From: Macrostomum lignano
Taxonomy: Eukaryota
Direction: 5' to 3'
Length of the DNA: 64,000 nucleotides
Assembly (NCBI GenBank): GCA_002269645.1
Contig: NIVC01002295.1
Coordinates: 182,627 to 246,626, forward strand
The position numbers were made by a program, and so were the translations under genes. The notes under the pieces were generated by a model that saw nothing but the letters and a program-made list of their open reading frames with translations, did not search any database and had not been told where the DNA came from. Shown here piece after piece: positions 48,948-63,500 of this stretch. Numbering within the stretch: the first letter of the stretch is position 1; each line of letters starts with the position of its first letter.

Positions 48948-49474
48948 CATGATTAGTAGGAAAGCTATGGGCACCCTGGCTCAGCCCCAAATGAATGTGA
49001 CACCGAATCGAACCAAGGTTTGCGAGTCGAGACTCAGACACGGTTACCGCTGAGCTGTTCCGACCTCCTTCCATTGTACAGATAGCAGAGCCGGTTTCCA
49101 GTTGAATTTTTCTCAAAGAAAACAAAATTGACAAACTTGTAGTACCATTGCTGTAACTTCTAACGCATCATTCAAGCTCAAAAAGAACATGGCAACATGT
49201 CCACAAAATGCTCGAACTTGGCTGCTTGCAACTCCTTAGTATCCACAGAGTGTGTAAGAGCTGAGGTTTGAGCATGGCTGCCTATATATATGCATTGCTA
49301 GTTCGCGACAGGAGGGCTTCTGCTTCCTCTGTCTCCGCTAGAAGAAGGGAAATTGAAACTGCACTCTCAAGAGCTCGGGTAGAGCGCAGAGGAGGAAGGG
49401 ATGAGTAGTGAGAAGATGAAAAAGTGAGGAAGAGACAGCAGAATAGAAGCGGAGAGACTGAGAGAAATAGGTTA

Positions 49475-50287
<813 letters not shown>

Positions 50288-50606
50288 CTATTTATAGTCA
50301 TACGCACTTCAGCACAGAAGCTCCAAAGCATCAAGCGAAGTTAATTTTGGATTAATAATCTCTTTTCTAATTGCTTGCCTTGCTTTGCTACTTCTCTCTG
50401 CTTCTAGAGGAGGCAACAATTGGCAATGTGAGTTGAGCTCAAAGCGAACTCGGCACAGCGAGTGCGCAAGGTGAACAACAGTTCGGGGAGCCAAGCATGA
50501 ATAGAGTTGCTGGGCTCGGAAGGTTGAGAAGCTGAGGCAAGGACACCGTTAACGAGAATCCTGGAGTGGCAACTCTGGCCTTCATTTTCATACACAAAAA
50601 GGCCTA

Positions 50607-50777
<171 letters not shown>

Positions 50778-51689
50778 CTATTGGAAAAAACGTTTAAAAT
50801 AATGACAAGACCAATTTAACATGAAAAATCGATTAATGCGTCGTCAGAGCAGCATGTGAGGCACAAAATAGTGTGATTAAGGACTTCTATGACACTGTTA
50901 AGAGACCCAATCACTGTTTTAGTGTTGAAAATCGTGAAATTTCCTATCTTCGTAGTGTATTTTTCCGTTGAAACCTGCCTAACTGCCTTTAAAACTATTT
51001 CTGAATGAAAAGCTTTATGAATATCGATTGAGAAATAAGAAAGGCACAACATATCAAAAGATGAACACTGGATCGGCCTCCTATCAAAAGCAATGACAAT
51101 TTTTGTGCTGAAAAAATTAAACCTCCTATCTCTGTAGTGTATTTTTCGGCAAAAAATTGCCTTCAAAACATTTACCATAGATTTCGAGTTTTGAGTCCTT
51201 CTACTTTAGTTGTCCTTGTGCCACTCCATGACTCTCGTACAGGATCGCCCTAGCTGAGGGATTAAGGCCCCCGGAGAGAACTGGGGTGATCTAACATTAT
51301 TGTATGCCGCATATAAAGCTAGTTGCCATATGGGCGTAGGCTCGAGTCCCCGGGCTGACAGGCGGACCCTCCACCCTGGCCAGAGTTGTACCCCCCCCCC
51401 CCGGATCGACTCGCGTGTGAGCGAATCATTGAGAGCTTTGCCTGCACTCGAATCCAGTTTCTTTTCCAAGCTCGCAAAAGTCCCTCAAAATTTATTGGGA
51501 GAGGAGGGGGCGGCTTCGCTTTGGCTTAAGAGAACTTTCCGGCTCTATGCGGATTTCAGTAAGCTCGTTTTGGTGCACAAATTGTAGAGGGGCAGGGACA
51601 GAGACAGACGGAATGCAAGGTAAATCCAAGTTAATTAGGGATAGAATGCGTGATAGGGATTCGATTGCGATTGAAGAGTAGAGAAACTG

Positions 51690-52030
51690 GAAAGAGACTA
51701 GAGAGAGGATATTAGGGACACGATAAAGATGGAAGTTGAAAGAGATTAGAGGGGAGAAATTTTAGAGATTAGAGGGACAGATTAGAGGGAGAGAGATTAA
51801 GAGGGAGAGAGATTAGACTGAGAAAGATTAGATGGAAAGAGATTAGACTGAGAAAGATTAGAGGGAAAGAGTTTAGAGGGAGAGAGATTAGAGTAAGAGG
51901 AAGAGGGAGAGGGCTTAGAGTGGGAAAGATTAGAGTGAATGAGATTAGGGGAAGAAATAAGAGAGAGCGAGTTAGAATAGAGGGTTTGAGATCAGAGGAA
52001 GGAAGGAGTTAGAGGGAGAGAGATTGGAGA
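51690..52030. repeat. Degenerate GA-rich tract (GAGATTAGAGGG-like)
   Basis: Recurring GATTAGA units. Confidence 0.7.
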
Positions 52031-52664
52031 GGTCACAGACCATGGAGTTCGCATCCCGACAAGACTTATTTCCAGGCGTATTTACATCCCCAAAGCTGTA
52101 GATGGCAGGGGGATCAGGGATTCGAGCACGGCAGTAGCAGTGCATGGTAATATCCCCGAACCCGAATAGAACAATCATCCGCTAAGCAAGCCAGCTTTCA
52201 AACCGAGCTCCGGACAAGGTCTGAGAGAAAACTCGCGAACATGTTCGTGCCATAGTTGCTCTCCCCGGCCTCCCTGATTGATTTCTGTCGCTTGGGAGTA
52301 GAGGCTGCTGAAATTGGAACTAATCCTTCAGACTGCGGAGCATGCATGCGCCATGGCTGGCTGCATTCGCGTGTCGTGGCAGGGGGCCTAGCGCTGACCC
52401 GTCTTCTCCCTGCGCGCTCTTACCACCTCCCCTTCCGTTCCCACCCTCGCCACTGCGCCTGTTGGAACTTTCGGGAGGGTTGGCAAGCGATTGATTTCTC
52501 ACTCTGTCAGTTCCTTCATCCCAGCTCCGCGAGTCTCAATCAGCGGCCTGGACCGACATAACCAAGGGTTCTCAGCTGCCGCGATTTTGGTCAGCCTGGC
52601 CTGGTGCGAGCGATGCTTCCGTGAGCATGCTGTCCCCGCTAGCTAGCTCTGACTCGCGCACTCT

Positions 52665-52930
52665 TCTGCTATCAGTCTTCTGCTCTCAGTCTTATGCTTC
52701 CAGTCTTCTGCTTTCAGTCTTCTGCTTTCAGTCTTCTGCTCTCAGTCTTATGCTTCCAGTCTTCTGCTTTTAGTCTTCTGCTCTCAGTCTTCTGCTTTCA
52801 GTCTTCTGCTTTCAGTCTTCTGCTTTCAGTCTTCTGCTTTCAGTCTTCTGCTATCAGTCTTCTGCTATCAGTCTTCTGCTCTCAGTCTTCTGCTTTCAGT
52901 CTTCTGCTCTCAGTCTTCTGCTCTCAGTCT
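52665..52930. repeat. 14-bp minisatellite, about 19 copies
   Basis: Unit CTTCTGCTTTCAGT. Confidence 0.93.
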
Positions 52931-53321
52931 CCTACACACACTCTCCTAGCTGCAGTAGGCGTCTCCCAAGCCACCCCGAACCGGTCCGTCTGACACGGAT
53001 AAAAACAGGGGGTCGCCTCCGCGACTCCAAGCGGACCCGGGGGGGGGGTGCGTGAGAAGGCAGCGCGACAGAAATTGAACACGCAAAAAAGATAATTAAT
53101 CCCCGCCTGGGCGAGACGCAAATCTGTTTTAGCCATCCGGACAAGGGTGAATTTTTTTAAAAAGAAAATTCCCTCATCAACCTTAAATCCCAACGGATTG
53201 TTTTTCCTGCCCGCTAAAAAATAAATCGATTTTTTTGGTCGAAAATTATTTGTCAAATTCCTGCGCGTATCATCTATTTACACATAGCACACTGGCTGTT
53301 GTTAACGGGGACAGCGATTAA

Positions 53322-55800
53322 ACGCTCAAGATACAAGCGCGCAAGATACAAGCGCGCAAGATACAAGCGCACAAGATACAAGCGCGCAAGATACAAGCGC
53401 GCAAGATACAAGCGCTCAAGATACAAGCGCGCAAGATACAAGCGCGCAAGATACAAGCGCGCAAGATACAAGCGCGCAAGATACAAGCACGCAAGATACA
53501 AGCGCTCAAGATACAAGCGCGCAAGATACAAGCGCACAAGATACAAGCACGCAAGATACAAGCGCACAAGATACAAGCGCACAAGATACAAGCGCGCAAG
53601 ATACAAGCGCGCAAGATACAAGCGCGCAAGATACAAGCGCGCAAGATACAAGCGCGCAAGATACAAGCGCGCAAGATACAAGCACGCAAGATACAAGCGC
53701 TCAAGATACAAGCGCGCAAGATACAAGCGCACAAGATACAAGCACGCAAGATACAAGCGCACAAGATACAAGCGCACAAGATACAAGCACGCAAGATACA
53801 AGCGCTCAAGATACAAGCGCGCAAGATACAAGCGCGCAAGATACAAGCGCGCAAGATACAAGCGCGCAAGATACAAGCGCACAAGATACAAGCACGCAAG
53901 ATACAAGCGCACAAGATACAAGCGCACAAGATACAAGCGCGCAAGATACAAGCGCACAAGATACAAGCGCACAAGATACAAGCGCGCAAGGTACAAGCGC
54001 ACAAGATACAAGCACGCAAGATACAAGCGCACAAGATACAAGCGCACAAGATACAAGCGCGCAAGATACAAGCGCGCAAGATACAAGCGCGCAAGATACA
54101 AGCGCACAAGGTACAAGCGCACAAGATACAAGCGCACAAGATACAAGCACGCAAGATACAAGCGCACAAGGTACAAGCGCACAAGATACAAGCACGCAAG
54201 ATACAAGCGCACAAGATACAAGCGCACAAGATACAAGCGCGCAAGATACAAGCGCGCAAGATACAAGCGCGCAAGATACAAGCGCGCAAGATACAAGCGC
54301 ACAAGATACAAGCGCACAAGATACAAGCGCGCAAGGTACAAGCGCGCAAGATACAAGCGCGCAAGATACAAGCGCGCAAGATACAAGCGCGCAAGGTACA
54401 AGCACGCAAGATACAAGCGCGCAAGGTACAAGCGCACAAGATACAAGCGCGCAAGATACAAGCACGCAAGATACAAGCACGCAAGATACAAGCACGCAAG
54501 ATACAAGCGCGCAAGATACAAGCGCACAAGATACAAGCACGCAAGATACAAGCGCACAAGATACAAGCGCACAAGATACAAGCGCGCAAGATACAAGCGC
54601 ACAAGATACAAGCGCACAAGATACAAGCGCGCAAGGTACAAGCGCACAAGATACAAGCACGCAAGATACAAGCGCACAAGATACAAGCGCACAAGATACA
54701 AGCGCGCAAGATACAAGCGCGCAAGATACAAGCGCGCAAGATACAAGCGCACAAGGTACAAGCGCACAAGATACAAGCGCACAAGATACAAGCACGCAAG
54801 ATACAAGCGCACAAGGTACAAGCGCACAAGATACAAGCACGCAAGATACAAGCGCACAAGATACAAGCGCACAAGATACAAGCGCGCAAGATACAAGCGC
54901 GCAAGATACAAGCGCGCAAGATACAAGCGCGAAAGATACAAGCGCACAAGATACAAGCGCACAAGATACAAGCGCGCAAGGTACAAGCGCGCAAGATACA
55001 AGCGCGCAAGATACAAGCGCGCAAGATACAAGCACGCAAGATACAAGCACGCAAGATACAAGCGCGCAAGATACAAGCGCGCAAGATACAAGCGCGCAAG
55101 ATACAAGCACGCAAGATACAAGCACGCAAGATACAAGCGCGCAAGATACAAGCACGCAAGATACAAGCACGCAAGATACAAGCGCGCAAGATACAAGCGC
55201 GCAAGATACAAGCGCGCAAGATACAAGCACGCAAGATACAAGCACGCAAGATACAAGCACGCAAGATACAAGCGCGCAAGATACAAGCGCGCAAGATACA
55301 AGCACGCAAGATACAAGCGCGCAAGATACAAGCGCGCAAGATACAAGCACGCAAGATACAAGCGCGCAAGATACAAGCGCGCAAGATACAAGCACGCAAG
55401 ATACAAGCACGCAAGATACAAGCGCGCAAGATACAAGCACGCAAGATACAAGCACGCAAGATACAAGCGCGCAAGATACAAGCGCGCAAGATACAAGCGC
55501 GCAAGATACAAGCACGCAAGATACAAGCACGCAAGATACAAGCGCGCAAGGTACAAGCACGCAAGATACAAGCGCGCAAGGTACAAGCGCACAAGATACA
55601 AGCGCGCAAGATACAAGCACGCAAGATACAAGCACGCAAGATACAAGCACGCAAGATACAAGCGCGCAAGGTACAAGCACGCAAGATACAAGCGCGCAAG
55701 GTACAAGCACGCAAGATACAAGCGCGCAAGGTACAAGCACGCAAGATACAAGCGCGCAAGGTACAAGCGCGCAAGATACAAGCGCGCAAGGTACAAACTC
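53322..55800. repeat. 15-bp minisatellite, about 165 copies
   Basis: Unit CAAGATACAAGCGCG with GCGCA, GCACG, GCGCT and GGTAC variants. Confidence 0.97.
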
Positions 55801-56355
55801 GCAAGAAATACTTCAATCTCCCACTTATGTGCGCTAAACCTGTTTAGCCGCAGTAAATCATACTCGCGCCAATGCCCGGATCGATCGGGAAATCTTGAAA
55901 ATTCAAAGATTCCCCAGTCACAGTCGGCCTGATGGACGGACCTTCGAGTCTTTCAACAAGAAATTATGATGGGAAATGAGTTTTCCAAAAAGATATTTTT
56001 TGCTTTGCATTGAAGCGCGCGCATTAAAGTCGCTGGAATCGGCTCGCTGTGCAGTGTGCGTGACACTCGCGGCGCCGGAGATTTTATTCTTCAAATGCCC
56101 TGCCCGATGCATTTATTCTAGAAGCCGCAAAGCGCTGCAAAGCAAAGCGGTCGCTTCCTCTCAGGACGTCAGATCCTCTCCCACCCTCACTTATAGGAGC
56201 CGAGAGCCGCTGAGATGCTGCATAGAAAAAAAATACAGGACAGCCTCAAGTACAAGTGCGGTAGGTCTTGTAAAAAAGGCTTTTCGAAATTTTCCAAACC
56301 ACTGCGTTCAAATTTTAGGTGGACAAAAATATCACAGTGTAGGCAAAAGCATATT

Positions 56356-56835
56356 GGAATCTCCTGTAGCTGACTGTGGAATCTCCTGTAGCTGACTGTG
56401 GAATCTCCTGTAGCTGACTGTGGAATCTCCTGTAGCTGACTGTGGAATCTCCTGTAGCTGACTGTGGAATCTCCTTGTAGCTGACTGTGGAATCTCCTGT
56501 AGCTGACTGTGGAATCTCCTGTAGCTGACTGTGGAATCTCCTGTAGCTGACTGTGGAATCTCGTGTAGCTGACTGTGGAATCTCGTGTAGCTGACTGTGG
56601 AATCTCCTGTAGCTGACTGTGGAATCTCCTGTAGCTGACTGTGGAATCTCCTTGTAGCGTACTGTGGAATCTCCTTGTAGCGTACTGTGGAATCTCCTGT
56701 AGCTGACTGTGGAATCTCCTGTAGCTGACTGTGGAATCTCCTGTAGCTGACTGTGGAATCTCCTGTAGCTGACTGTGGAATCTCCTGTAGCTGACTGTGG
56801 AATCTCCTGTAGCTGACTGTGGATTCCCCAACTGT
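56356..56835. repeat. 22-bp minisatellite, about 22 copies
   Basis: Unit GGAATCTCCTGTAGCTGACTGT. Confidence 0.95.
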
Positions 56836-57117
56836 GGAATTATAAACCTCACTCCCTAGCAACCATAAGTCGAAGCATTAAATTCATTCTCCCACATCTA
56901 CAGTATATCTATAAAAAGCCTGCAAACGGATTTGGCCAAACGCAGTGATCCGGATTAAATTTACGCCTAACTTGCACCGCAATCCCATTTATCCCACGGG
57001 AGCATGACAGCATCGTAAATCTCTTTGTGCATGTGATACTGAAATATCTTTATCTATTTTTTACAACCTCAGTTGTGAGTGAGGATAGTGAGCTAATCAG
57101 TGGGGGATTGGATTAAA

Positions 57118-57680
57118 TAGTGGGGCAGTGGGGTAGACAGTGGGGCAGTGGGGTAGACAGTGGGGCAGTGGGGTAGACAGTGGGGCAGTGGGGTAGACAG
57201 TGGGGCAGTGGAGTAGACAGTGGGGTAGTGAAGTAGACAGTGGGGCAGTGGGGTAGACAGTGGGGCAGTGGAGTAGACAGTGGGGTAGTAAAGTAGACAG
57301 TAGGGAAGTAGAGTAGACAGTAGGGGAGTGGAGTAGACAGTAGGGGAGTGGAGTAGACAGTGGAGCAGTGGAGTAGACAGTGGAGCAGTGGGGTAGACAG
57401 TGGAGTAGACAGTGGAGCAGTGGGGCAGACAGTGGAGTAGAGAGTGGGGTAGTGGAGTAGACAGTGGAGCAGTGGGGTAGACAGTGAAGCAGTGGGGCAG
57501 ACAGTGGAGTAGACAGTGGGGTAGTGGAGTAGACAGTGGAGCAGTGGAGCAGACAGTGGAGTAGACAGTGGGTAGTGGAGTAGACAGTGGAGCAGTGGAG
57601 CAGACAGTGGAGTAGACAGTGGAGCAGTGGGGCAGACAGTGGAGTAGACAGTGGGGTAGTGCAGTAGACAGGGGGCAGTG
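57118..57680. repeat. G-rich 20-bp array (GACAGTGGGGCAGTGGGGTA)n
   Basis: Directly visible, with GGAG variants. Confidence 0.92.
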
Positions 57681-58599
57681 GCGCGGAGGGGACAGCGGGC
57701 AGACGAAGTATGGATTTCCCATTCCATATTTCGCACCTAAAGCGACCTGCTAAAGCGGGCGAGCTCCCCTTTGCGAGCAATTTTGCGGCTTTTCTGCCCT
57801 CGTGCTTTCGGCTAATTCGAGGGGAACCGGCCGTGCAGGTGGCTGGAGAAATGCAATCGGCTGGAATGAAAAAAGGGAGTAGAAAAAATTGGGTGGGGGA
57901 TGGGAAAGATTATCCAGCAGAGTGGAAGTCAGGAGAGAGTTGAGCAGGTCAGAGAGACGGACGCTGCATGAAGCGATGGGGATTGGCAGTCGAATTTTTA
58001 TAAGATTTATAGATGCACCCAAGGGATAATTTATTTCAGCTCGCTTGGCTGCTCTGTGCTGCCAAAGCAGGTGAAAGAGGGAGATGGGAGAAACAGATGC
58101 AGTCCCCCCCAGTGTCACCCGCATCCTGTGCAGAGAGAAGTTGGTCCCACAGAAAGCCTTCAACGCACCTTTTCTCCTTTGTTGCGACTCGAGAAATTGG
58201 TCTGTCTGCCACCGGCCACTTGCTGCTCTACTTAACTCAACAATAGAAAGCTTCAATATATTTTCAATAAAATATACGCTTATATAAGAATCTGCCTATT
58301 GAATAATATTCTTTTCAAAAAGGTCCATTGTATAATGAATAGATCCTCATGCAGCGTTCTAAATGAAAAATCAATTTTTAAATCGACAACGAGGAAATCT
58401 TGTTTAATAATAGTTATTCTGAGAAGTGGCGCTGCAGTTCCCGGCATCAGCAGCAGCATGCACTTTTAAAACACTTTGTTGTTCTCCTTCTAGACCACGA
58501 CCTCGCTTCGCTAGATTTTTTAGTTCTACTTGAAGTAAGTTTACTTTATATTGAGCTTCATTTAATGTTCATGTCGCTGGATTGGATCGAGGCTGCACT

Positions 58600-59830
58600 G
58601 AAGTTGAAGTGGGGTAGATATTGTGGCAAAAATGGGATAGATAGAGGGGAAAGTGGAATAGATGGTGGAAATTGGGGTAGATAGTGGGGAAAGTGGGGTA
58701 GATACTGGAAAAAGTGGGGTAGATAGAGGGGTAGTAGAAAGTGGGGTAGACAGTGGGAAAGTGGTAGTGTGAAAGGTAGACAGTCGTAAGGGTAGACAGT
58801 GTGAAAATGGAGTAGACAGTGGGAAGTGGAGTAGACAGTGGGGAAGTGGAGTAGACAGTGAGGAAGTGGAGTAGACAGTGGGAAGTGGAGTAGACAGTCG
58901 GAAGTGGGGTAGACAGTGGGGAAATGAGGTAGACAGGGGGGAAAGTGGGTAGACAGTGGGAAAGTGGGTAGACAGTGGGGAAGTGGGGTAGAGAGTGGGG
59001 AAGTGGGGTAGTAGTCAAAGTATGGTGGACAGTAGGAAGTGGGGTAGACAGTAGAAAAGTGGAGTAGATAGTGTGAAAGTATGGTAGACAGTGTAGACAA
59101 TGGGAAGTGGGGTAGACAGTGTGAAGTGGGTAGACAGTGGGAAAGTGGGTAGAAGAAGTGGGTACAGTGGGGAAGTGGGGTAGACAGTGGGAAGTGGGGT
59201 AGACAGTGGGGAAGTGGGGTAGACAGTGGTGAAGTGGGGTAGACAGTGGGGTGGATAGACAGTGGGAAAGGGGTAGATAGTGTTAAAGTATGGTGACAGA
59301 AAAGTGGGGTAGACAGTAGAAAAGTGGAGTAGATAGTGTGAAAGTATGGTAGACAGTGGTAGACAATGGGGAAGTGGGGTAGACAGTGGTGAAGTGGGGT
59401 AGACAGTGGGAAAGTGGGTAGACAGTGGGGAAGTGGGGTAGACAGTGGGGAAGTGGGGTAGACAGTGGGGAAGTGGGGTAGACAGTGGGGAAGTGGGGTA
59501 GACAGTGGGGAAGTGGGGTAGACAGTGGGGAAGTGGGGTAGACAGTGGGGAAGTGGGGTAGACAGTGGGGAAGTGGGGTAGACAGTGGGAGAACAGTGGG
59601 ACAGAGTAGGGGTAGACAGTGGGGAAGAGGGGTAGACAGTGGGGAAGTGGGGTAGACAGTGGGGAAGTGGGGTAGACAGTGGGGAAGGGTAGACAGTGGA
59701 AAGTGGGGTAGACAGTGGGGAACTGGGGTAGACAGTGGGAAGTGGGGTAGACAGTGGGGAAGTGGGGTAGAAGCAGTGGTGAAAGTGGGGTAGACAGTGG
59801 AAAGTGGGTAGGCAGTGGGAAAGTGGGTAG
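58600..59830. repeat. G-rich 20-bp array (GACAGTGGGGAAGTGGGGTA)n
   Basis: Sister of 57118-57680; homogeneous core at about 59410-59590. Confidence 0.92.
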
Positions 59831-60369
59831 ATGCAATAGTGATGGATCCCGCTGTCTCCTGCTCTCTCGAAGCCAGCAGGTCACGCGTCTTGCGAACTCC
59901 TTTCTCAGTTTTCCTCACGAAACATAATCGACTTTCTCTTTTTCACCTCCGAGCCTGCAGCTTTTGAAATCCGAAAGGTGAGAAAATCTTTGATCTAGAA
60001 GACAGAGGCTAGAAGCAGCAACAGCAATGGCTATTATAGATTTAAGCAATCAATCACACGCCCTGTGCAGGCAGTGCCAAGCAAATTCAATAGCATTGAG
60101 AGCTCTATCGATCTACATCAAGCGCATGAAGATGTATCAAGTTTCCTATTTTATTTTACCGAATAGAAGCTTGCTTTCCCGCCAGGCTGCCTTCACTGTT
60201 TTCTGCTTCGAGCTGGTGAGACCACTATGAGCTTACTGACGCCGTTGCAGTTTCTCAGTCATTTTCAGACATTTCTCCTGCCATGAAATTGCCCCCCCGA
60301 GTGCGTGATTTTGACATAAATTTATATAAACATATACGCATTTTGCTACTGACCAATAGAACTAAGTAG

Positions 60370-60543
60370 TGTAGATGGGATATCCATTAAAGACAATAAC
60401 AAGACGTGATAAGGCACTTTGTGTGCCTTGGGGATGGGATTGACTCTTACATAACGACAACCCCCCGCAGCCAGCCGCTTTAGTTTCTTGCCCACAGTCT
60501 CGCGCGAAATACTCTACATGCAACAACACAACATGGTGTCAGA
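60370..60543 (+). mobile_element. Putative 5' LTR (TGT...ACA, 60370-60533) and primer-binding site (60534-60543)
   Basis: ACA is immediately followed by TGGTGTCAGA, complementary to the TCTGACACCA 3' end typical of tRNA-Leu (recalled, not searched). The LTR start is a guess because the second LTR is not in the window. Confidence 0.5.
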
Positions 60544-63500
60544 GGAAAAATACTACAGTTAGATAATTGCTTTGTGCGTCGTTTTTGGTGGCAACTACAG
60601 CGGCATGTCCGACGAGCTGGACTGCGACCTCCAGGGCCCATGGTATTCGATGAGGCCAAGTCAGAACGCTGGAGAAAATGGATCGGCGCATTCAATTTAT
60701 ACATGACCGCACAAAGCGCGACAAGGAGGCTGACAGCATGAAGAATGCGATTCTGCTGACCGCCATCGGTGAAGAAGGCAGGGACATATTCGAGACATTC
60801 GAAACTCTGCACTGACTCTGCTCACAAAGACATCATTGACAAATTCGAGAAATTCTGCATTCCTCTGGACAGCGAAACATTTGATCGCTATAAGTTTAGA
60901 ATGCGTAAGCAGGAGCAGTATTTTTTGTCACTTCATAAATGAGTTAATAACGATGCGTTAATAAAGCAATGCATTGACGATGCCATGCTTCGAGAATAGC
61001 TCGTATAATGGGTTCATAATTCAGCACTCCGTGAACGGCTCCTTGAGGATGAAGCTGACATGAAAAGGCAATTGTTCTGTGCCGTGCCACCGAAGCTTCA
61101 AAGATGCAAGCCAGGCAGATGAAGGTGTAAAGAGTGAAAACCGAAACTTAGTCGATTGGACCCTGATCACAAGTTGCAGCAATCAACCAGAGCCAAGTCC
61201 AAGTCTATCACACGAAAGCTTCCTACAGGACAACAGGATGCAGATACTGCGGCAAGAACCACAAATTTGGTCACACCAACTGCAGTGCCTATGCAAGACC
61301 TGCTTAACTGTGGACAAAAGAAACCATTTTTAAGGCCATGTGCCGGAAAGAGAAAAACAAAACAATCGAACAGATTCGTACAGTTGAAGATGAGCTCACT
61401 GACGTGACTGAAACATCGAATTCTTACCAAGCTTGCTGGGAGACGTAAAATATTCTATGAATTCTAATAATGGAAATGAAGTGAAAGCCGTTTCAAGAAC
61501 AGTTGTGTCGCTAGACACTGAGTTTAGTCGTTAATGATACCGGCGGCTGATGTGAATATCATGTCCGAGAAACGCTTAAGAACAATCACAGACAACCCAT
61601 TAGAAAAAGACCACACCAGACTATCAGTGTATAACAACCAGACGCTTAATGTGAAGGCAAGATTAAATTGCGACTCCTCGCACAAAGACGCCGTGCATAC
61701 AGCAGAATTCCCATCAATTGAGGAAGACAATACACCTCTACTAGCGACCGACACAGCTGAGAAATTAGGCCTGATTCAAATCCTCAACGTAACAAAGACT
61801 ACAGATAAGAAGTGCTGACGGAATCAAAGATCTTTAAGGAATACAGCGATTTGTTCGAAGGAATTGGATGACTGCCTGGAGCGCATCACATTTCATTGAG
61901 AGAAGGCGCAATACCGAAAGTCCAAGACCCAAGGAAAGTCCCATTTGCGGCTATGAAGGCCCTGCGTGAAGAGCTTGACCGCTTACAGAGCCAAGGAGTA
62001 ATAACAAAATGCGACCAGCCGGCAAGATTGGGTGTCCAATGTTGTTATCGTCTGGAAGAAGGATAACTCGATTAGACTGTGTGCTTAGATCTAAGAATCT
62101 AAATGATTACGAGTATATTATCAGAAATCGATACCCCATTCCAACGTATGACGAGATGATTAGCGAGATGACAGGAGAAAAATACTTCTCAACATTTGAT
62201 GCTAAGTTAAGTTGGATCAAGAAAGTTCACTTCTTACTGATTTCACACTTCGTTTGGTGTTTACAAATGGAATCGACTAGCTTTTGGTCTAAAGGATGCA
62301 CCTGAAGCTTACCAAAGGCACATCAAAGATAGAAGTGACAAGTCAGGTAGAAAAATCTGCTAACTACATCGATGACATCATAGTATGGGGAAAGACTCGG
62401 AAGAGCACACCAAGCAGTTCGAAATCTTTGGAGCAATGCAGAAAAAGAACCTGACTCTGAACAGGCAAAAGACGAGCATTGGCAAAACCGAGCTTCGATT
62501 TCTTGGACACATATAACTGACAAAGGTGTGAAAGTAGATCCACAAAAAGTAAACAGCATCAAGAAATGCCGCACCCAAACAGTTTCGAACAGCGTGCTTG
62601 AGAAGCAAGCGCAGCTCTAACGGTTTATTGAGTGCAAATTTACTTGTCAAAATTCATAGCAAACTTTTCTGCACTGACAAGTCCTTTGAGAGAACTCATG
62701 ATGAAATAATCCGAATGGGTGTGGACCAACGACCAAGAAAAGGCGTATCAAGGAATCAAGCAGTGCCTCTGCGAAGCACCTGTGCTTGCGCCATTTGACC
62801 CGAATAAAAGACCTAGTTTTATCTGTCGACGCCAGCAAAGATGGCTTGGGAGCAGCACTATTGCAGGAAGGACATGTCATTGAGTATGCATCATCAGCTC
62901 TAACATCCGCTCAAAAGAAATATGCCCAGATAGAGAAGGAAATGCTTGCGATAGTATTTGGCTGTCGAAGGTTCAGACAGTATCTCTGGGGACGTAAAGT
63001 CTCCGTCGACTGACCACAAACCGCTGCAGTATAATTGAAGAAGCCAATGGATGAACTATCGGCTAGAATACACGTCTGATACTCAAGATCCAAGAATTCG
63101 ACTTATACGTGCAATACAAACCGGGGAAGATATCTTTATTTGGCTGATACATTAAGCCGTGCTTTCTTGCAAACCGTGCATTCGCGAGTGACATAGACTC
63201 TGAGCTTGAGAATCAAATCTTGGGTATCCAAAAGGTTTGTCTACCGGAAGACCTACTCAAGAACATCCAGGAACACACATATGCAGATTCAACTTGCCAT
63301 GCGATCAAGAATCGCATTCGCGAGGATTGGCCGGAACTCAGAAACCAATTGCCAGAACAACTAAAGCCTTTCTGGAATGTTCGTCACGATTTAGCCGAGC
63401 ACGACAGATTAATTATGCCAGGAAGATATTTAAACCACGACCATGCGCACGAATTCTTGAACATCATTCATGAAGGACATCAAGGCATTGAAAAAATACT

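Noticed and set aside
56187-59918. Minus-strand ORFs over the 22-bp and G-rich arrays
   Set aside because: Repeat-derived and low complexity.
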